From an uncultured Alphaproteobacteria bacterium (lineage in GTDB: Bacteria > Pseudomonadota > Alphaproteobacteria > HIMB59 > GCA-002718135), in contig CACGNZ010000001.1 in NCBI GenBank assembly GCA_902574475.1, positions 61,416-125,415 on the forward strand: a stretch of DNA of 64,000 nucleotides, given 5' to 3'. A model generated the notes under the pieces. That model worked only from the letters and a program-made list of their open reading frames with translations. It did no database searches and was not told where the DNA came from. Each line of letters starts with the position of its first letter. Positions within the stretch are counted from its first letter, which is position 1. Shown here in pieces: positions 19,812-33,526 of this stretch. Position numbers and translations under genes: made by a program.

Positions 19812-20781
19812 GAACGAATTCTATAATGTTAAATTAACTATAAATAAACAATTAAGTTCACAAAGATTAGATAAAGTGCTTGTTTCAAAATTGGATGGGT
19901 ATTCAAGAACACAAATAAAAACTTTAATATTAAATGGTAATGTAAGTCTTGATGAAAATGAAATAAAAGATCCATCTTACATAACTAAAGAAAATGAAAA
20001 TTATTCTATAAATATTATCTTAAAACAAGAAACGAAACATTCAGCTGAGAATATTGAATTAAACATTATTTTTGAAGATGAAGATTTAATCGTTATAAAT
20101 AAACCTCCAAATTTAGTTATGCATCCAGCTCCTGGAAATGAAAGTGGTACTCTTGTTAATGCTCTTATGCATTATACTAATAATCAACTTAGCAATTTAG
20201 ATGATAGTGCTAGACCAGGAATTGTACATCGTTTAGATAAAGATACTAGTGGAATTCTTGTTGTAGCAAAAAATAATAATGTTCATATAAATTTAGCCAA
20301 ACAATTCAAAGAACATACAATATCACGAAGGTATAAAGCAATAGTTTGGGGATCGCCTGATAATCAATCAATTGAAGGATACATAGAAAGAAATAGAAAG
20401 AATAGAAAAAAAATGAGTTTAAATAATAAAGGTTTTGGTAAATTTTCTAAAACCGATGTTAAGTTAGAAAAAACTTTTGGTATTGCTAGTATAGTTGATT
20501 GCCACTTACATACCGGAAGAACACATCAAATTAGAGTTCATTTAACTTCTAAAAATTCTCCAATCATTGGTGATAAGGTTTATGGAAAAAGTAAAATTAA
20601 TCAATTTGGAAAAGATAAAAATACATTTAATAAATTTATGATTTTGAAAAATTTTAATAGACAAGCATTACACGCGTATCACCTTGGTTTTGATCATCCT
20701 ACATCAAAAAAAAGGGTGAATTTTGATATTGAAATTCCTGAAGATTTTAAGAATTTAATAGAATTGTTGCTTAAATATTAA
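19810..20781 (+). CDS. rluD: RluA family 23S rRNA pseudouridine synthase (RluD-like)
   Basis: S4 domain RLDK; INKP..LVMHPAPG, RPGIVHRLDKDTSG, TGRTHQIRVH, RQALHA. Confidence 0.93.
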   Translation: MNEFYNVKLTINKQLSSQRLDKVLVSKLDGYSRTQIKTLILNGNVSLDENEIKDPSYITKENENYSINIILKQETKHSAENIELNIIFEDEDLIVINKPPNLVMHPAPGNESGTLVNALMHYTNNQLSNLDDSARPGIVHRLDKDTSGILVVAKNNNVHINLAKQFKEHTISRRYKAIVWGSPDNQSIEGYIERNRKNRKKMSLNNKGFGKFSKTDVKLEKTFGIASIVDCHLHTGRTHQIRVHLTSKNSPIIGDKVYGKSKINQFGKDKNTFNKFMILKNFNRQALHAYHLGFDHPTSKKRVNFDIEIPEDFKNLIELLLKY

Positions 20782-20811
20782 TTTATATTTAAATTATGCT
20801 ATAGGCGTATC

Positions 20812-24036
<3,225 letters not shown>

Positions 24037-24047
<11 letters not shown>

Positions 24048-25395
24048 GGTAAGGCCTTATTAGTTTTTTTATTTCCATAGATATATTTTTTACATCATTC
24101 AATTCTTGTCCCTCGACCAATATTCTTACCAATGGTTCTGTACCAGATAACCTAATAAGGGATCTAATTTTTTTATTATTATATAATTTATCACTGTTTA
24201 ACTTAGTAACAATTTTTAATAATTTATTATTCTTTGTTTTATATTCTAAATTTATTTTTACCTGTGCAAAATCATCATATAAATTAAATATTTTGCTTGC
24301 TTTAGCCTTGTTTGAAGTGATTATTTCAGTGACTTTTAAAGCTGCTAAAATTCCGTCACCCGAATTTGAATATTCTGACAAAATAATATGCCCTGATTGT
24401 TCACCACCAATCGTGGATTTGGATTTTTTCATTTGATTTATAACATTTATATCTCCAACAGGAGTACGTTTAATTTTTAATTTTAATTTATTTGTAAGAT
24501 ATTTTTCTAATCCCATATTTGACATAACAGTAATAATAACGTCATGTTGATTGGATTTTTTTCTTGGTTTAACGAAATTTTTACATAACAAAGCTATAAT
24601 TTTATCACCATCTACTTCTTTTCCTTTTTCGTCGATGACAATTAATCTATCTCCATCACCATCAAACGCAAATCCAATATCAGCCTGTTCTTTAATTACA
24701 TTTTGAGAAAGAAATTTAGTATCAACTGCACCACAATTTTTATTAATATTTAGTCCATCCGGGTTATTATTAATAGCAATTATATTATGACCTAGTTCCC
24801 AAAATAAATTAGGAGCTATATTGTATGTTGCTCCATTTGCACAATCTAAAATAATTTTTAGTCTTTTTTTGGAAGATGTTTTAGTTAAAGTACTCTTTAA
24901 AAATTCTGAGTATCTTCCAGAAGCGTCCTCCAATCTCTTTGCATTACCAGATACAAATGTGTTATTTGAAATTTTAGAATATTTTTTATTATCTAAAACT
25001 ATATTTTCAACCTTTTGCTCTATTAAAGAACTTAATTTGCTTCCAGTTCTATCAAAAAATTTAAGTCCATTATATTCATAAGTATTATGAGACGCTGTAA
25101 TCATTACTCCAATATCAGCTCTTAAAGTTTTAATCATCAATGGTACAGCGGGTGTTGGGAGAGGACCAACCAAAATTACATTCATACCCATAGAAATAAA
25201 ACCAGCTGTTACAAGTGGCTCGTATAAATAACCAGACAGTCTTGTATCTTTACAAATGACAACTCTACTGTTTTTAGAAGTCCTCTTTTTTAGAATAAAA
25301 GCAACAGTTTTGGAAATTTTGAGACAAGTTTCAGCAGTAAGTGGTTCTTGATTAACTAAGCACCGTATTCCATCAGTGCCAAAAATTTTAGACAT
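24037..25395 (-). CDS. glmM: Phosphoglucosamine mutase
   Basis: FGTDGIR, KDTRLSGY, MITASHN, AFDGDGDR, GGEQSGH, RLSGTEPLVRI. Confidence 0.97.
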
Positions 25396-25439
25396 TTACG
25401 TCTTTTATTCAAAAAAATAAATAAAGTGAAGTAATTAAA

Positions 25440-27341
25440 TTAGTTTATAGGAGCTGGAGCTGATCCACCAGTTTTTGGAACAGAAGTAGCTGGTTTTTTT
25501 GGTGTGTTTATGTCATTATCAAAATCATCTCGAGTTGGCTTTATGCCTTTAATTAAATCTTTAATTTCGTCACCCGATAATGTTTCATACTCCAAAAGTC
25601 CTTTTGCAACTATGTGTAGCTCTTCAATATTATCTTGAAGAATTTTTCTGCAATTTTTTTCTGCCTCCTCTGCGAGAAATCTTACTTCTTCGTCTATTAA
25701 TTTAGCAGTGGAGTCAGATAAATTTTTAGATTGTGCAACTGAGTGTCCAAGAAAAACTTCTTCGCTATCACTGTTATATCTGAGTCTACCTAACTTTTCA
25801 CTCATTCCCCATTCAGTGATCATTTTTTTTGCAAGATTTGTTACCATTTGAATATCACTTGCTGCACCATTAGTAATTTTATCTTTACCGAAAATCATTT
25901 CTTCAGCTATTCTTCCTCCTGTTGCAATTAACAAGTGTGCTTTCATCTGATCTTTTCTCATAGACAATTGATCTTTTTCTGGAAGTCTCATTACCATTCC
26001 TAAAGCTCTACCTCTTGGTATAATAGTTGCTTTATGTATTGGGTCTGAAGCTGGAGAATGCAAAGTTGCGACTGCATGGCCAGCCTCATGGTAAGCAGTT
26101 AATTTTTTCTCATCTTCAGACATAACCATTGATCTTTTCTCAGCGCCCATCATCACTTTATCTTTTGCACTTTCAAAATCTTCAAGTGTAACCATTCTTT
26201 TATTTTTTCTTGCTGCAAGTAATGCAGCCTCATTAACTAAATTTGCTAAATCAGCTCCTGAGAAACCTGGCGTACCTCTTGCAATAATTTTCGAATCAAA
26301 TTTGGGTGAAACCTTAATTTTTTTAATATGAACTTTAAGAATCTTATCTCTTCCCATTACATCAGGGTTGTTAACAGTTATTTGTCTATCAAATCTCCCA
26401 GGTCGTAGTAAGGCTGGGTCAAGAACGTCAGGTCTATTAGTAGCTGCAATTATAATTACACCTGCATTTGCTTCAAAACCATCCATTTCAACTAACAGTT
26501 GATTAAGAGTTTGTTCTCTTTCATCATTACCTCCACCAAGGCCTGCTCCACGATGTCTTCCAACAGCATCAATTTCATCAATAAATACAATACAAGGTGC
26601 ATTTTTTTTACCTTGTTCAAACATATCCCTAACTCTACTTGCTCCTACTCCAACAAACATTTCAACAAAGTCTGATCCTGAAATAGAAAAGAAAGGAACA
26701 TTTGCTTCGCCTGCAATTGCTCTAGCCAGTAGTGTTTTACCTGTTCCTGGAGGGCCGACTAAAAGTGCGCCTCTAGGAATTTTACCACCCAATCTAGAAA
26801 ACTTAGATGGATCTTTCAAAAATTCAACAACTTCTTCTAATTCTTGTTTAGCTTCATCAATACCCGCAACATCATCAAATGTAACTTTACCAACTGCTTC
26901 ATTTAATAACTTTGCTTTAGATTTACCAAAGCCCATTGCTTTTCCTCCGCCACCTTGCATTTGGCGCATAAAGAAAATCCATACACCGATTAATAGAAGC
27001 ATTGGGAACCAAGATAATAATACACTTAAAAGTGGATGCATTGATCTTTCTGAAGGTTCAGCAGTTATTTTTACTCCACTTTCATTTAACTTCTCGACTA
27101 GGTTTGGATAATTAGGCACATATGTACTGAATGATCTGCCATCGTTGAGAAAACCAGTAACAGTATTACCACTTATATTTACTTCAGACACATTTCCACT
27201 TTCAGTTGCAGCTATAAAGTCAGAAAAGGAGATTTTTGACGTATTTCTATTATTTGAAGTTCCTTGGAAAAGATTGAAAAGTACAATTAATAGGAGTCCA
27301 ATAATAATCCATAATACGACATTTTTACTGATATTTTTCAT
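25440..27341 (-). CDS. ftsH: ATP-dependent zinc metalloprotease FtsH
   Basis: Two TMs, [42 protein letters not shown]. Confidence 0.99.
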   Translation of the reverse strand: MKNISKNVVLWIIIGLLLIVLFNLFQGTSNNRNTSKISFSDFIAATESGNVSEVNISGNTVTGFLNDGRSFSTYVPNYPNLVEKLNESGVKITAEPSERSMHPLLSVLLSWFPMLLLIGVWIFFMRQMQGGGGKAMGFGKSKAKLLNEAVGKVTFDDVAGIDEAKQELEEVVEFLKDPSKFSRLGGKIPRGALLVGPPGTGKTLLARAIAGEANVPFFSISGSDFVEMFVGVGASRVRDMFEQGKKNAPCIVFIDEIDAVGRHRGAGLGGGNDEREQTLNQLLVEMDGFEANAGVIIIAATNRPDVLDPALLRPGRFDRQITVNNPDVMGRDKILKVHIKKIKVSPKFDSKIIARGTPGFSGADLANLVNEAALLAARKNKRMVTLEDFESAKDKVMMGAEKRSMVMSEDEKKLTAYHEAGHAVATLHSPASDPIHKATIIPRGRALGMVMRLPEKDQLSMRKDQMKAHLLIATGGRIAEEMIFGKDKITNGAASDIQMVTNLAKKMITEWGMSEKLGRLRYNSDSEEVFLGHSVAQSKNLSDSTAKLIDEEVRFLAEEAEKNCRKILQDNIEELHIVAKGLLEYETLSGDEIKDLIKGIKPTRDDFDNDINTPKKPATSVPKTGGSAPAPIN

Positions 27342-27349
27342 CTATTTAT

Positions 27350-27377
27350 ACATAGGAATTTATTATAAAAACACAAT
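27350..27377 (-). promoter_or_regulatory. Putative RpoH (sigma32) promoter of ftsH
   Basis: Minus strand ATTG-N17-CCTATGT, matching the alphaproteobacterial (C)TTG-N17/18-CYTATNT consensus, 8 nt before the ftsH ATG. Confidence 0.4.
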
Positions 27378-27391
27378 AGTTTTGTAAAAAT

Positions 27392-28363
27392 TTAAATGGA
27401 TTTTCTTGAAAATGTTAGAAAATCATTAGTTTTATTAACGATCATACCTTTAATATTAAAATTATTAAAATTTAATTTTCTTATTTCACTTATTAAGATT
27501 CTAATTTTTTTGGATCGAGGAGCCTTAGATTGATAAAAGAAGAACTGATATATTCTTCTTATAATATTTTCTAAAGTAACCTCATTTATTTTTTGTAAAT
27601 TATTCATGCTAACAACGATTTTTTTTTTATCAATATAAATAATATTTTTAAGAAAGATTTCAAATATCATTTGAACAAAGTAAGGTGAATAAAAAAGTAT
27701 GTTCTCAAAATCTTTATTTATTTCTTTAATCGTTTTTTGATCAGAATTTTTTAGAAAATTTCTAATATTAGGGCGAGTATAATTTAAATTTAAATTTGTA
27801 GGATCATTGATATATTCTATTTTATTTTCTTTATTATAATCTAATAATGCATTTTTAGAAAATTTTAAAAGAGGTCTAATTATGCATATTTTATTATATA
27901 GTGAGAATTCAGACATTGATTTTAGACCATAAAAGTCACTACCAGATATCTTTCTATTCAAAAAAGTTTCTAAGTTATCATCTCTATGATGAGCAACAAA
28001 TAAATGTAAAATATTATTTTGGATACAAAAATTTGTAATTAAATTATAACGATTATTTCTAGCCTCATTCATATTTTTTTTATTTACATTCTTTTTATCT
28101 ACAGACAAAATTTGAAATTTAATCTTGAATTTCTTTAAATAATTTGAAATATAATTCGCTTCCTCTTTTGAATTATTTCTAATTCGATGATCTACTATTA
28201 AAGCAACCAAATTCCCTTTTTTGAATTTAATATATGCATGTAAAAGAAATAATAATGACATACTATCTGGGCCGCCAGAAACTGCCACAGCTACAGAAGG
28301 TTTTTTCTCAAAAGTATATTTTTTTTCTATAATTTTAATGAAATCTTTATCGTTAAGCTTCAT
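27392..28363 (-). CDS. tilS: tRNA(Ile)-lysidine synthetase (short form)
   Basis: AVSGGPDS, VDHRIR, ARNNRY, AHHRDDNLETFL, IRPLL, DPTN. Confidence 0.95.
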   Translation of the reverse strand: MKLNDKDFIKIIEKKYTFEKKPSVAVAVSGGPDSMSLLFLLHAYIKFKKGNLVALIVDHRIRNNSKEEANYISNYLKKFKIKFQILSVDKKNVNKKNMNEARNNRYNLITNFCIQNNILHLFVAHHRDDNLETFLNRKISGSDFYGLKSMSEFSLYNKICIIRPLLKFSKNALLDYNKENKIEYINDPTNLNLNYTRPNIRNFLKNSDQKTIKEINKDFENILFYSPYFVQMIFEIFLKNIIYIDKKKIVVSMNNLQKINEVTLENIIRRIYQFFFYQSKAPRSKKIRILISEIRKLNFNNFNIKGMIVNKTNDFLTFSRKSI

Positions 28364-29277
28364 TCATTATTTTCTAAACAATTATAATCCATAATTTGTT
28401 TTTTTGTCTGAGGAATTATTTTGTTTTTTGGAAAATCAATTATTAATTTTTCCATAGTTTTACATGCTTCTACATTTTTTTCAACTTGGTATAATGATTG
28501 AGAAAGTTTAAAAAGCATTTCTGCTGCTTTGATACTATCTGGAAATTTTTGGAAACCTTCTGCAAATACAAGTGCAGCTTCTCTATAATTTTTCTCTAGA
28601 ATATATAATTCCCCAAGCCAATAATGTGCTGAACCTGATAATTGATTATCAGGATTTTCTTTAATAAACTGTTCAAATGAGTCTTTTGCATCCTGCCATT
28701 TTTTATCTCTAATATTATCAAAGGCTATTTGAAACTGATCTTCAGGAGATAAGACTTTCTCATTTTCAAAAGAATTTGTATCGTCATTTTCAGGTGCTCC
28801 TTCTACAATTGTCTCGTTTGTATTTTTTGTAATATTTAAAGTTCCAAGTGTATTTTCAGTTTTAATATCATTTACAGAGTTATTTTTTACGTCTGAACCG
28901 TCTTGTAAATCTACTTCTGTTTTTACTTCAACATTATTTAAAGAAACTGATTCAGAATTATTTATTACTATTTCTAGATTTTCTAATTTATTAAAAATAT
29001 TATCCAACTGAAAATATAGTTCTTCTAAATTTAAAGTTAAGTTTTTAATATCATTTTCAATGTCATAAATCCTCAAATCAATAGCAGAAAGATTCTTAAC
29101 AAAATCATTATTTGTTCCATTTGATTGATTAGATGGATTTGTAAACACTTCTCTTGAAAGATCGGAAACTTCTTTTTGCAATCTTTCTAATTGTTGCGAT
29201 ACTGTAAGCTCGTTTTCATTAGAATAAACTAAAGATGTAAAAAAAATAATTAAAAAAGTTATTAAGTATTTAATCAT
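28360..29277 (-). CDS. ybgF: Tol-Pal system protein YbgF/CpoB
   Basis: Signal peptide, coiled coil, TPRs (AHYWLGELY...FP...KAAEMLFKL); lies between pal and tilS. Confidence 0.9.
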   Translation of the reverse strand: MIKYLITFLIIFFTSLVYSNENELTVSQQLERLQKEVSDLSREVFTNPSNQSNGTNNDFVKNLSAIDLRIYDIENDIKNLTLNLEELYFQLDNIFNKLENLEIVINNSESVSLNNVEVKTEVDLQDGSDVKNNSVNDIKTENTLGTLNITKNTNETIVEGAPENDDTNSFENEKVLSPEDQFQIAFDNIRDKKWQDAKDSFEQFIKENPDNQLSGSAHYWLGELYILEKNYREAALVFAEGFQKFPDSIKAAEMLFKLSQSLYQVEKNVEACKTMEKLIIDFPKNKIIPQTKKQIMDYNCLENNE

Positions 29278-29304
29278 TTTTAGATTTTAATTTCTAAATG
29301 AGAT

Positions 29305-29335
29305 AAAATTGTGGCGCTATATATGTATAGCGCCA
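29305..29335 (-). terminator. Hairpin downstream of pal (intrinsic terminator or mRNA stabiliser)
   Basis: Perfect 10-bp stem TGGCGCTATA-TATG-TATAGCGCCA (29312-29335), followed on the minus strand by CAATTTT. Confidence 0.65.
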
Positions 29336-29354
29336 TAGTATAAGGGAAAAAAAA

Positions 29355-29876
29355 TTAGTTAACTATAGTAACTGATCTTCTATTTTGAGACCATGCTCCA
29401 TCGTTAGACCCTACAACAGCCGGTCTTTCTTTACCATAACTAATAGTTGAAACTCTATCTGGATTTATTCCTAACCCAATTAAGTAATTTTTAACAGCTT
29501 GGGCTCTTTTTTCTCCAAGTGCTAAGTTGTACTCTCTTGTTCCTCTTTCGTCGCAGTGTCCTTCAATTGTTACGGAAACATCGCTATGCTGCTTAAGCCA
29601 CGCAACCTGATCTTGAAGTAACTCAAGTGCATCAGAGTCTAAATCTGAACTGTCATATCCAAAAAAAACTCTATCGCCTACATTAACAATTAAGTCTTCT
29701 TGAGATCCAGAAACAATTCCACTTCCTACTGTTTCAGTAATAGCTCCTTCTGAAGATACATCGCTATCTGAACTAGTAGAACCTGATCCTGATGAGTCAG
29801 CTGAATCTTTAGGTTTTGTTGCGCAGGCGGCAACAAAAAAAACAATAAATACAGAGATAAAAAACTTGTAAAACAT
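29355..29876 (-). CDS. pal: Peptidoglycan-associated lipoprotein
   Basis: Lipobox VAAC; VGDRVFFGYD, EGHCDERGTREYNLALGEKRA, SYGKERP, NRR. Confidence 0.98.
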   Translation of the reverse strand: MFYKFFISVFIVFFVAACATKPKDSADSSGSGSTSSDSDVSSEGAITETVGSGIVSGSQEDLIVNVGDRVFFGYDSSDLDSDALELLQDQVAWLKQHSDVSVTIEGHCDERGTREYNLALGEKRAQAVKNYLIGLGINPDRVSTISYGKERPAVVGSNDGAWSQNRRSVTIVN

Positions 29877-29978
29877 AAATAAGCGCTCCCTTAATACTTT
29901 GAATAGATATACTAAATTATAAGCAGTTTCTTATCATTTTTTTATAAATTTAGTATATTTTTTTGTATTATAATCAAA

Positions 29979-31307
29979 TTAATGCATCAAGGGGGACCAA
30001 GCTGGGTCAGATCCGCCTAAGGGAGTAATTACTTTTCTTTCATTAAATCCTGTTAAATCAATAGAATAAAGACTGGATTCTCCGCCAGAACCATCTTCGG
30101 CAGTTCTTTCTTCTTTGAAGTACATCAAAAATCTTCCATTTGGAGCCCATGTTGGGCCTTCAACATGAAATGATTTAGCAATCATTCTCTCATTTGAGCC
30201 ATCGATCTCCATAACACCTATATAAAATTGTCCTCCCTCTTGTTTAGTAAATGCGATCATATCACCTCTTGGCGACCAGACTGGGGTGTAGTAACTTCCA
30301 GTTTCCCTACTAATTCTTTTAATATTTTTTCCATTATTATCACTTATGTATAAATGTCTTCTTCCACTTCTATCTGAATTAAAAACTATTTTTTTTCCAT
30401 CTGGTGAAAAACTTGCAGAAACATCAATTGAAGAATTATTAGTAACTCTTTTTGAAATTCTCGTTTTTAAATCAAGAATATAAATTTCAGAATTTCCAAT
30501 TTCTGGATCAGTATAAGACATTACAATTTGATTTCCATCTGGTGAAAAACGGGGGGCAAATGTCATTCCTGGAAATTCCCCTACTATTTCCTGTTTACCA
30601 GTTTCAATATCAAAAATGTAAACTCTTGGATTATTTCTACTTACATAAGACATATATGTAATTTTTTGTGAATTAGGAGAGAACCTTGGTGTTAGAACTA
30701 GATATGATCCATCTGTCAAAAAACGATGATTGGATTGATCTTGATCCATTATTGCTAATCTTTTTTGTTTATTTTCTTTTGGACCTGTTTCAGCTACATA
30801 TACTATTCTTGTATCAAAATATCCACCTTCTCCAGTTATATTTTTAAAAATTGAATCTGAGATAATGTGTGCAACTCTTCTCCAATTCTTTTCATTAGTC
30901 TCATATTTTTTTCCAACTATTTGTTTTTGTTGAAACACGTCATACAATCTAAATTCGACAGATATTTTTCCATTATTAGATGAAATTTTTCCTGAAACTA
31001 AATGTTGTGCTTTTATTAATTTCCAATCTTCAAATCTTGGTTTATTAGATAGAGATTGATTATCTTGAATAAATGATCTTTTATCTATTGGTAAAAAAAG
31101 TCCAGACCTTTCTAAATTATCTGAAATAACAGTTGAAATGTTTTTGCCTATTTTTATTAATTCTGAATTTTTTGAGTATAGTTCTGAAACTGCTATTGGA
31201 GTTGGTTTCACGCTGCCTTGTGTTAGAGTCACTTCTAAAGAAAAAACTTTAAAAGTAAAAAATATAAAAAAGGTTATAAAAAAGGTTTGAAGGAAAACTT
31301 TTTTCAT
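29979..31307 (-). CDS. tolB: Tol-Pal beta-propeller protein TolB
   Basis: DLERSGLF, AHIISD.I...ITGEGGYFDTRIVYV, repeated PxFSP/PxWSP (PD40) motifs. Confidence 0.97.
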   Translation of the reverse strand: MKKVFLQTFFITFFIFFTFKVFSLEVTLTQGSVKPTPIAVSELYSKNSELIKIGKNISTVISDNLERSGLFLPIDKRSFIQDNQSLSNKPRFEDWKLIKAQHLVSGKISSNNGKISVEFRLYDVFQQKQIVGKKYETNEKNWRRVAHIISDSIFKNITGEGGYFDTRIVYVAETGPKENKQKRLAIMDQDQSNHRFLTDGSYLVLTPRFSPNSQKITYMSYVSRNNPRVYIFDIETGKQEIVGEFPGMTFAPRFSPDGNQIVMSYTDPEIGNSEIYILDLKTRISKRVTNNSSIDVSASFSPDGKKIVFNSDRSGRRHLYISDNNGKNIKRISRETGSYYTPVWSPRGDMIAFTKQEGGQFYIGVMEIDGSNERMIAKSFHVEGPTWAPNGRFLMYFKEERTAEDGSGGESSLYSIDLTGFNERKVITPLGGSDPAWSPLMH

Positions 31308-32377
31308 CAGTACCCTTTCATAATACTATAATCGAAAGTAATTGTAAGATTTTTCCATAGATTATATTTATCTTTAGGAAGTTTTAATGGTGTACATTCT
31401 GGATTTAAGAGAGTTCTCATTGCGCTATCAGTAATTGGTCCATAAAATGGATTAGTTTTAGCTATATTTGTGTCAACAATGCGGACACTGTTTGAAGAAA
31501 CCTTCATATTTTGAAGTATTTTAGCTGAAATTGTTACCTGCATTCCTCTTTCTATAACTGCACCTGCTGGAGCGTTCCAGCAAGAAGATAATTGCTGCCT
31601 TAACATATCAATTTCAGATATTGATAGCATAATATTGTCATCAGTATCATCTGTACTTTTATTATCAACCTCTTCAACCTCTTCCTTAACTTCATTTTGA
31701 ACCATATTTGTTTTTTCATTTCTTAAATCTTTAAGCATTGATGCTATGCTAAAATCTTTTTCAGGTTTTGGCTTTGGTTTAGATACGGCTTTATCATTTT
31801 CTAACTTTGGTTTATCCTTTATGTTTGTTTCAACATCTAAATCTGATTTAACATTTTCATTATTTATAATTTTTGGCTTTGGCTTGAGTTTTGGTTTAAT
31901 TGTATCAGTTTTAATTGTTTCTACTTTTTTCTTAACCTCTAAAATTTCCTTTTCCTTGATAACTACTTTTTTTGTTTCCTTAACATCTAAATTTGGAGTT
32001 TGTTTCATTTCCAAAACTGGTTGATTTGGATTAGTTTTTTCTTCAATTTCAGTTTTATTTATTTCAACATTTTTTTTTACTTCTAATTGATCTGATGAAT
32101 TAAATTTTTTTTGCTTAGTAATTGTTTCCTTATTTTTATTTTCTGGTTTTTCAGTATCAGATTTTTTCAAATTTGTATTTTCATCAACATTAAGTATTTC
32201 AATAGGTATTACGTTTGGAACGTAGATTTCTTTTGTAGAAAAAAAATTTGGTAAGCCAACCATAAACAAAAGGATAGTTAAATGTATGAGTGTTGAAAAA
32301 ATAACTCCTGATGTTTTAGGATTTAAGTTTTCAAAAAAATTTATAATTTTTAAGCTATTATAACTTATACGATCCAT
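31307..32377 (-). CDS. tolA: TolA-like protein
   Basis: TM with S..IH motif, long K/E/P-rich linker, C-terminal CW.APAGA...SAMR...W domain; lies between tolR and tolB. Confidence 0.85.
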   Translation of the reverse strand: MDRISYNSLKIINFFENLNPKTSGVIFSTLIHLTILLFMVGLPNFFSTKEIYVPNVIPIEILNVDENTNLKKSDTEKPENKNKETITKQKKFNSSDQLEVKKNVEINKTEIEEKTNPNQPVLEMKQTPNLDVKETKKVVIKEKEILEVKKKVETIKTDTIKPKLKPKPKIINNENVKSDLDVETNIKDKPKLENDKAVSKPKPKPEKDFSIASMLKDLRNEKTNMVQNEVKEEVEEVDNKSTDDTDDNIMLSISEIDMLRQQLSSCWNAPAGAVIERGMQVTISAKILQNMKVSSNSVRIVDTNIAKTNPFYGPITDSAMRTLLNPECTPLKLPKDKYNLWKNLTITFDYSIMKGY

Positions 32378-32806
32378 TTATTGCTCAAGATTTTGAGTAA
32401 TTAGTGCAACTTTTATATATCCTGCAGAATTTATTATGGACATAATTTCCATAATCCTTCCATAGGCTACTACTCTATCACCTCGTATATAAATCCTTGC
32501 TTCTGTGTTTTGTTCAGTAATAGAATTTAGTCGTGGAATTAAATTTTCTACTTCAACCTTTGATTCTCCAATATAGACTTCTCCATCTAACTTTACGGTT
32601 ATCTCAATTGGATCTTTAATGTCAGTTAATGCAGTAGCTTTAACCTTTGGCAAATCAACTTTTATGCCAACCGTTAATAGAGGTGCGGTTACCATAAAAA
32701 CAATTAGTAAAACAAGCATAACATCGACGAAAGGTGTAACATTAATCTCGCTCATTTGAGTATACCTTTGCTTCTTACGTTTGTTTAAATTATTTGAGGT
32801 GATCAA
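32378..32806 (-). CDS. tolR: TolR
   Basis: SEINVTPFVDVMLVLLIVFMVTAP, RGD..V.YG; TTG start. Confidence 0.96.
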   Translation of the reverse strand: MITSNNLNKRKKQRYTQMSEINVTPFVDVMLVLLIVFMVTAPLLTVGIKVDLPKVKATALTDIKDPIEITVKLDGEVYIGESKVEVENLIPRLNSITEQNTEARIYIRGDRVVAYGRIMEIMSIINSAGYIKVALITQNLEQ

Positions 32807-32807
32807 T

Positions 32808-33521
32808 TTATTTTTTCTCTAATTGTCTAAAAAAAATTGTTGTGAATTCATCCATGAATGTTTCTAAGGATATAAAGTATTTTGATAAGTCGTTTGAGAT
32901 TTTATTGTATGCAACTACAGCAGGTATAGCTACAAAAAGGCCTAATGCAGTTGCAAAAAGAGCCTCTGCAATTCCTGGAGCGACTACTGCTAAATTTGTA
33001 TTTTGTGCAATTGCAATAGATTTAAAACTGTTCATTATGCCCCAAACTGTTCCAAATAGTCCTATAAACGGTGCAGTTGATCCAGCAGTTGCGAGAAAGG
33101 TTAAATTTCTTTCTACATTTTCACTTTCCTTATTAAAAACAACTGTCATTGATCTCATCATTCTATCTTTTAAAGAGTTTATATCTGAAGTGTCATCTTC
33201 AAATTGATTTTTACTTTTTTTCCATTCTAAAATTGCAGCACAAAATAATTTTGACTTTGGATCTGTCTGATTAAAGTTTAAAGTTTCATACAAATCTTCA
33301 AATGAATTTCCAGACCAAAAAATATCTTCAAATTCTTTTTCAAGTTTTTTTAATTGTCTGATTCTCAAAATTTTTGAAATTATTACATTCCAGGAATATA
33401 AAGAAGCTAAGATTAAAATTATAATTACCGATTTAACAATAAGGTCAGCTTGCATAAATAAAGCAAGCATTGAAAAATCTGGAGCTTCAGTTGATAAATT
33501 TGTACTATTAATATCTGCCAT
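32808..33521 (-). CDS. tolQ: TolQ
   Basis: FLATAGSTAPFIGLFGTVWGIM, VAPGIAEALFATALGLFVAIPAV. Confidence 0.97.
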   Translation of the reverse strand: MADINSTNLSTEAPDFSMLALFMQADLIVKSVIIILILASLYSWNVIISKILRIRQLKKLEKEFEDIFWSGNSFEDLYETLNFNQTDPKSKLFCAAILEWKKSKNQFEDDTSDINSLKDRMMRSMTVVFNKESENVERNLTFLATAGSTAPFIGLFGTVWGIMNSFKSIAIAQNTNLAVVAPGIAEALFATALGLFVAIPAVVAYNKISNDLSKYFISLETFMDEFTTIFFRQLEKK

Positions 33522-33526
33522 AACAA

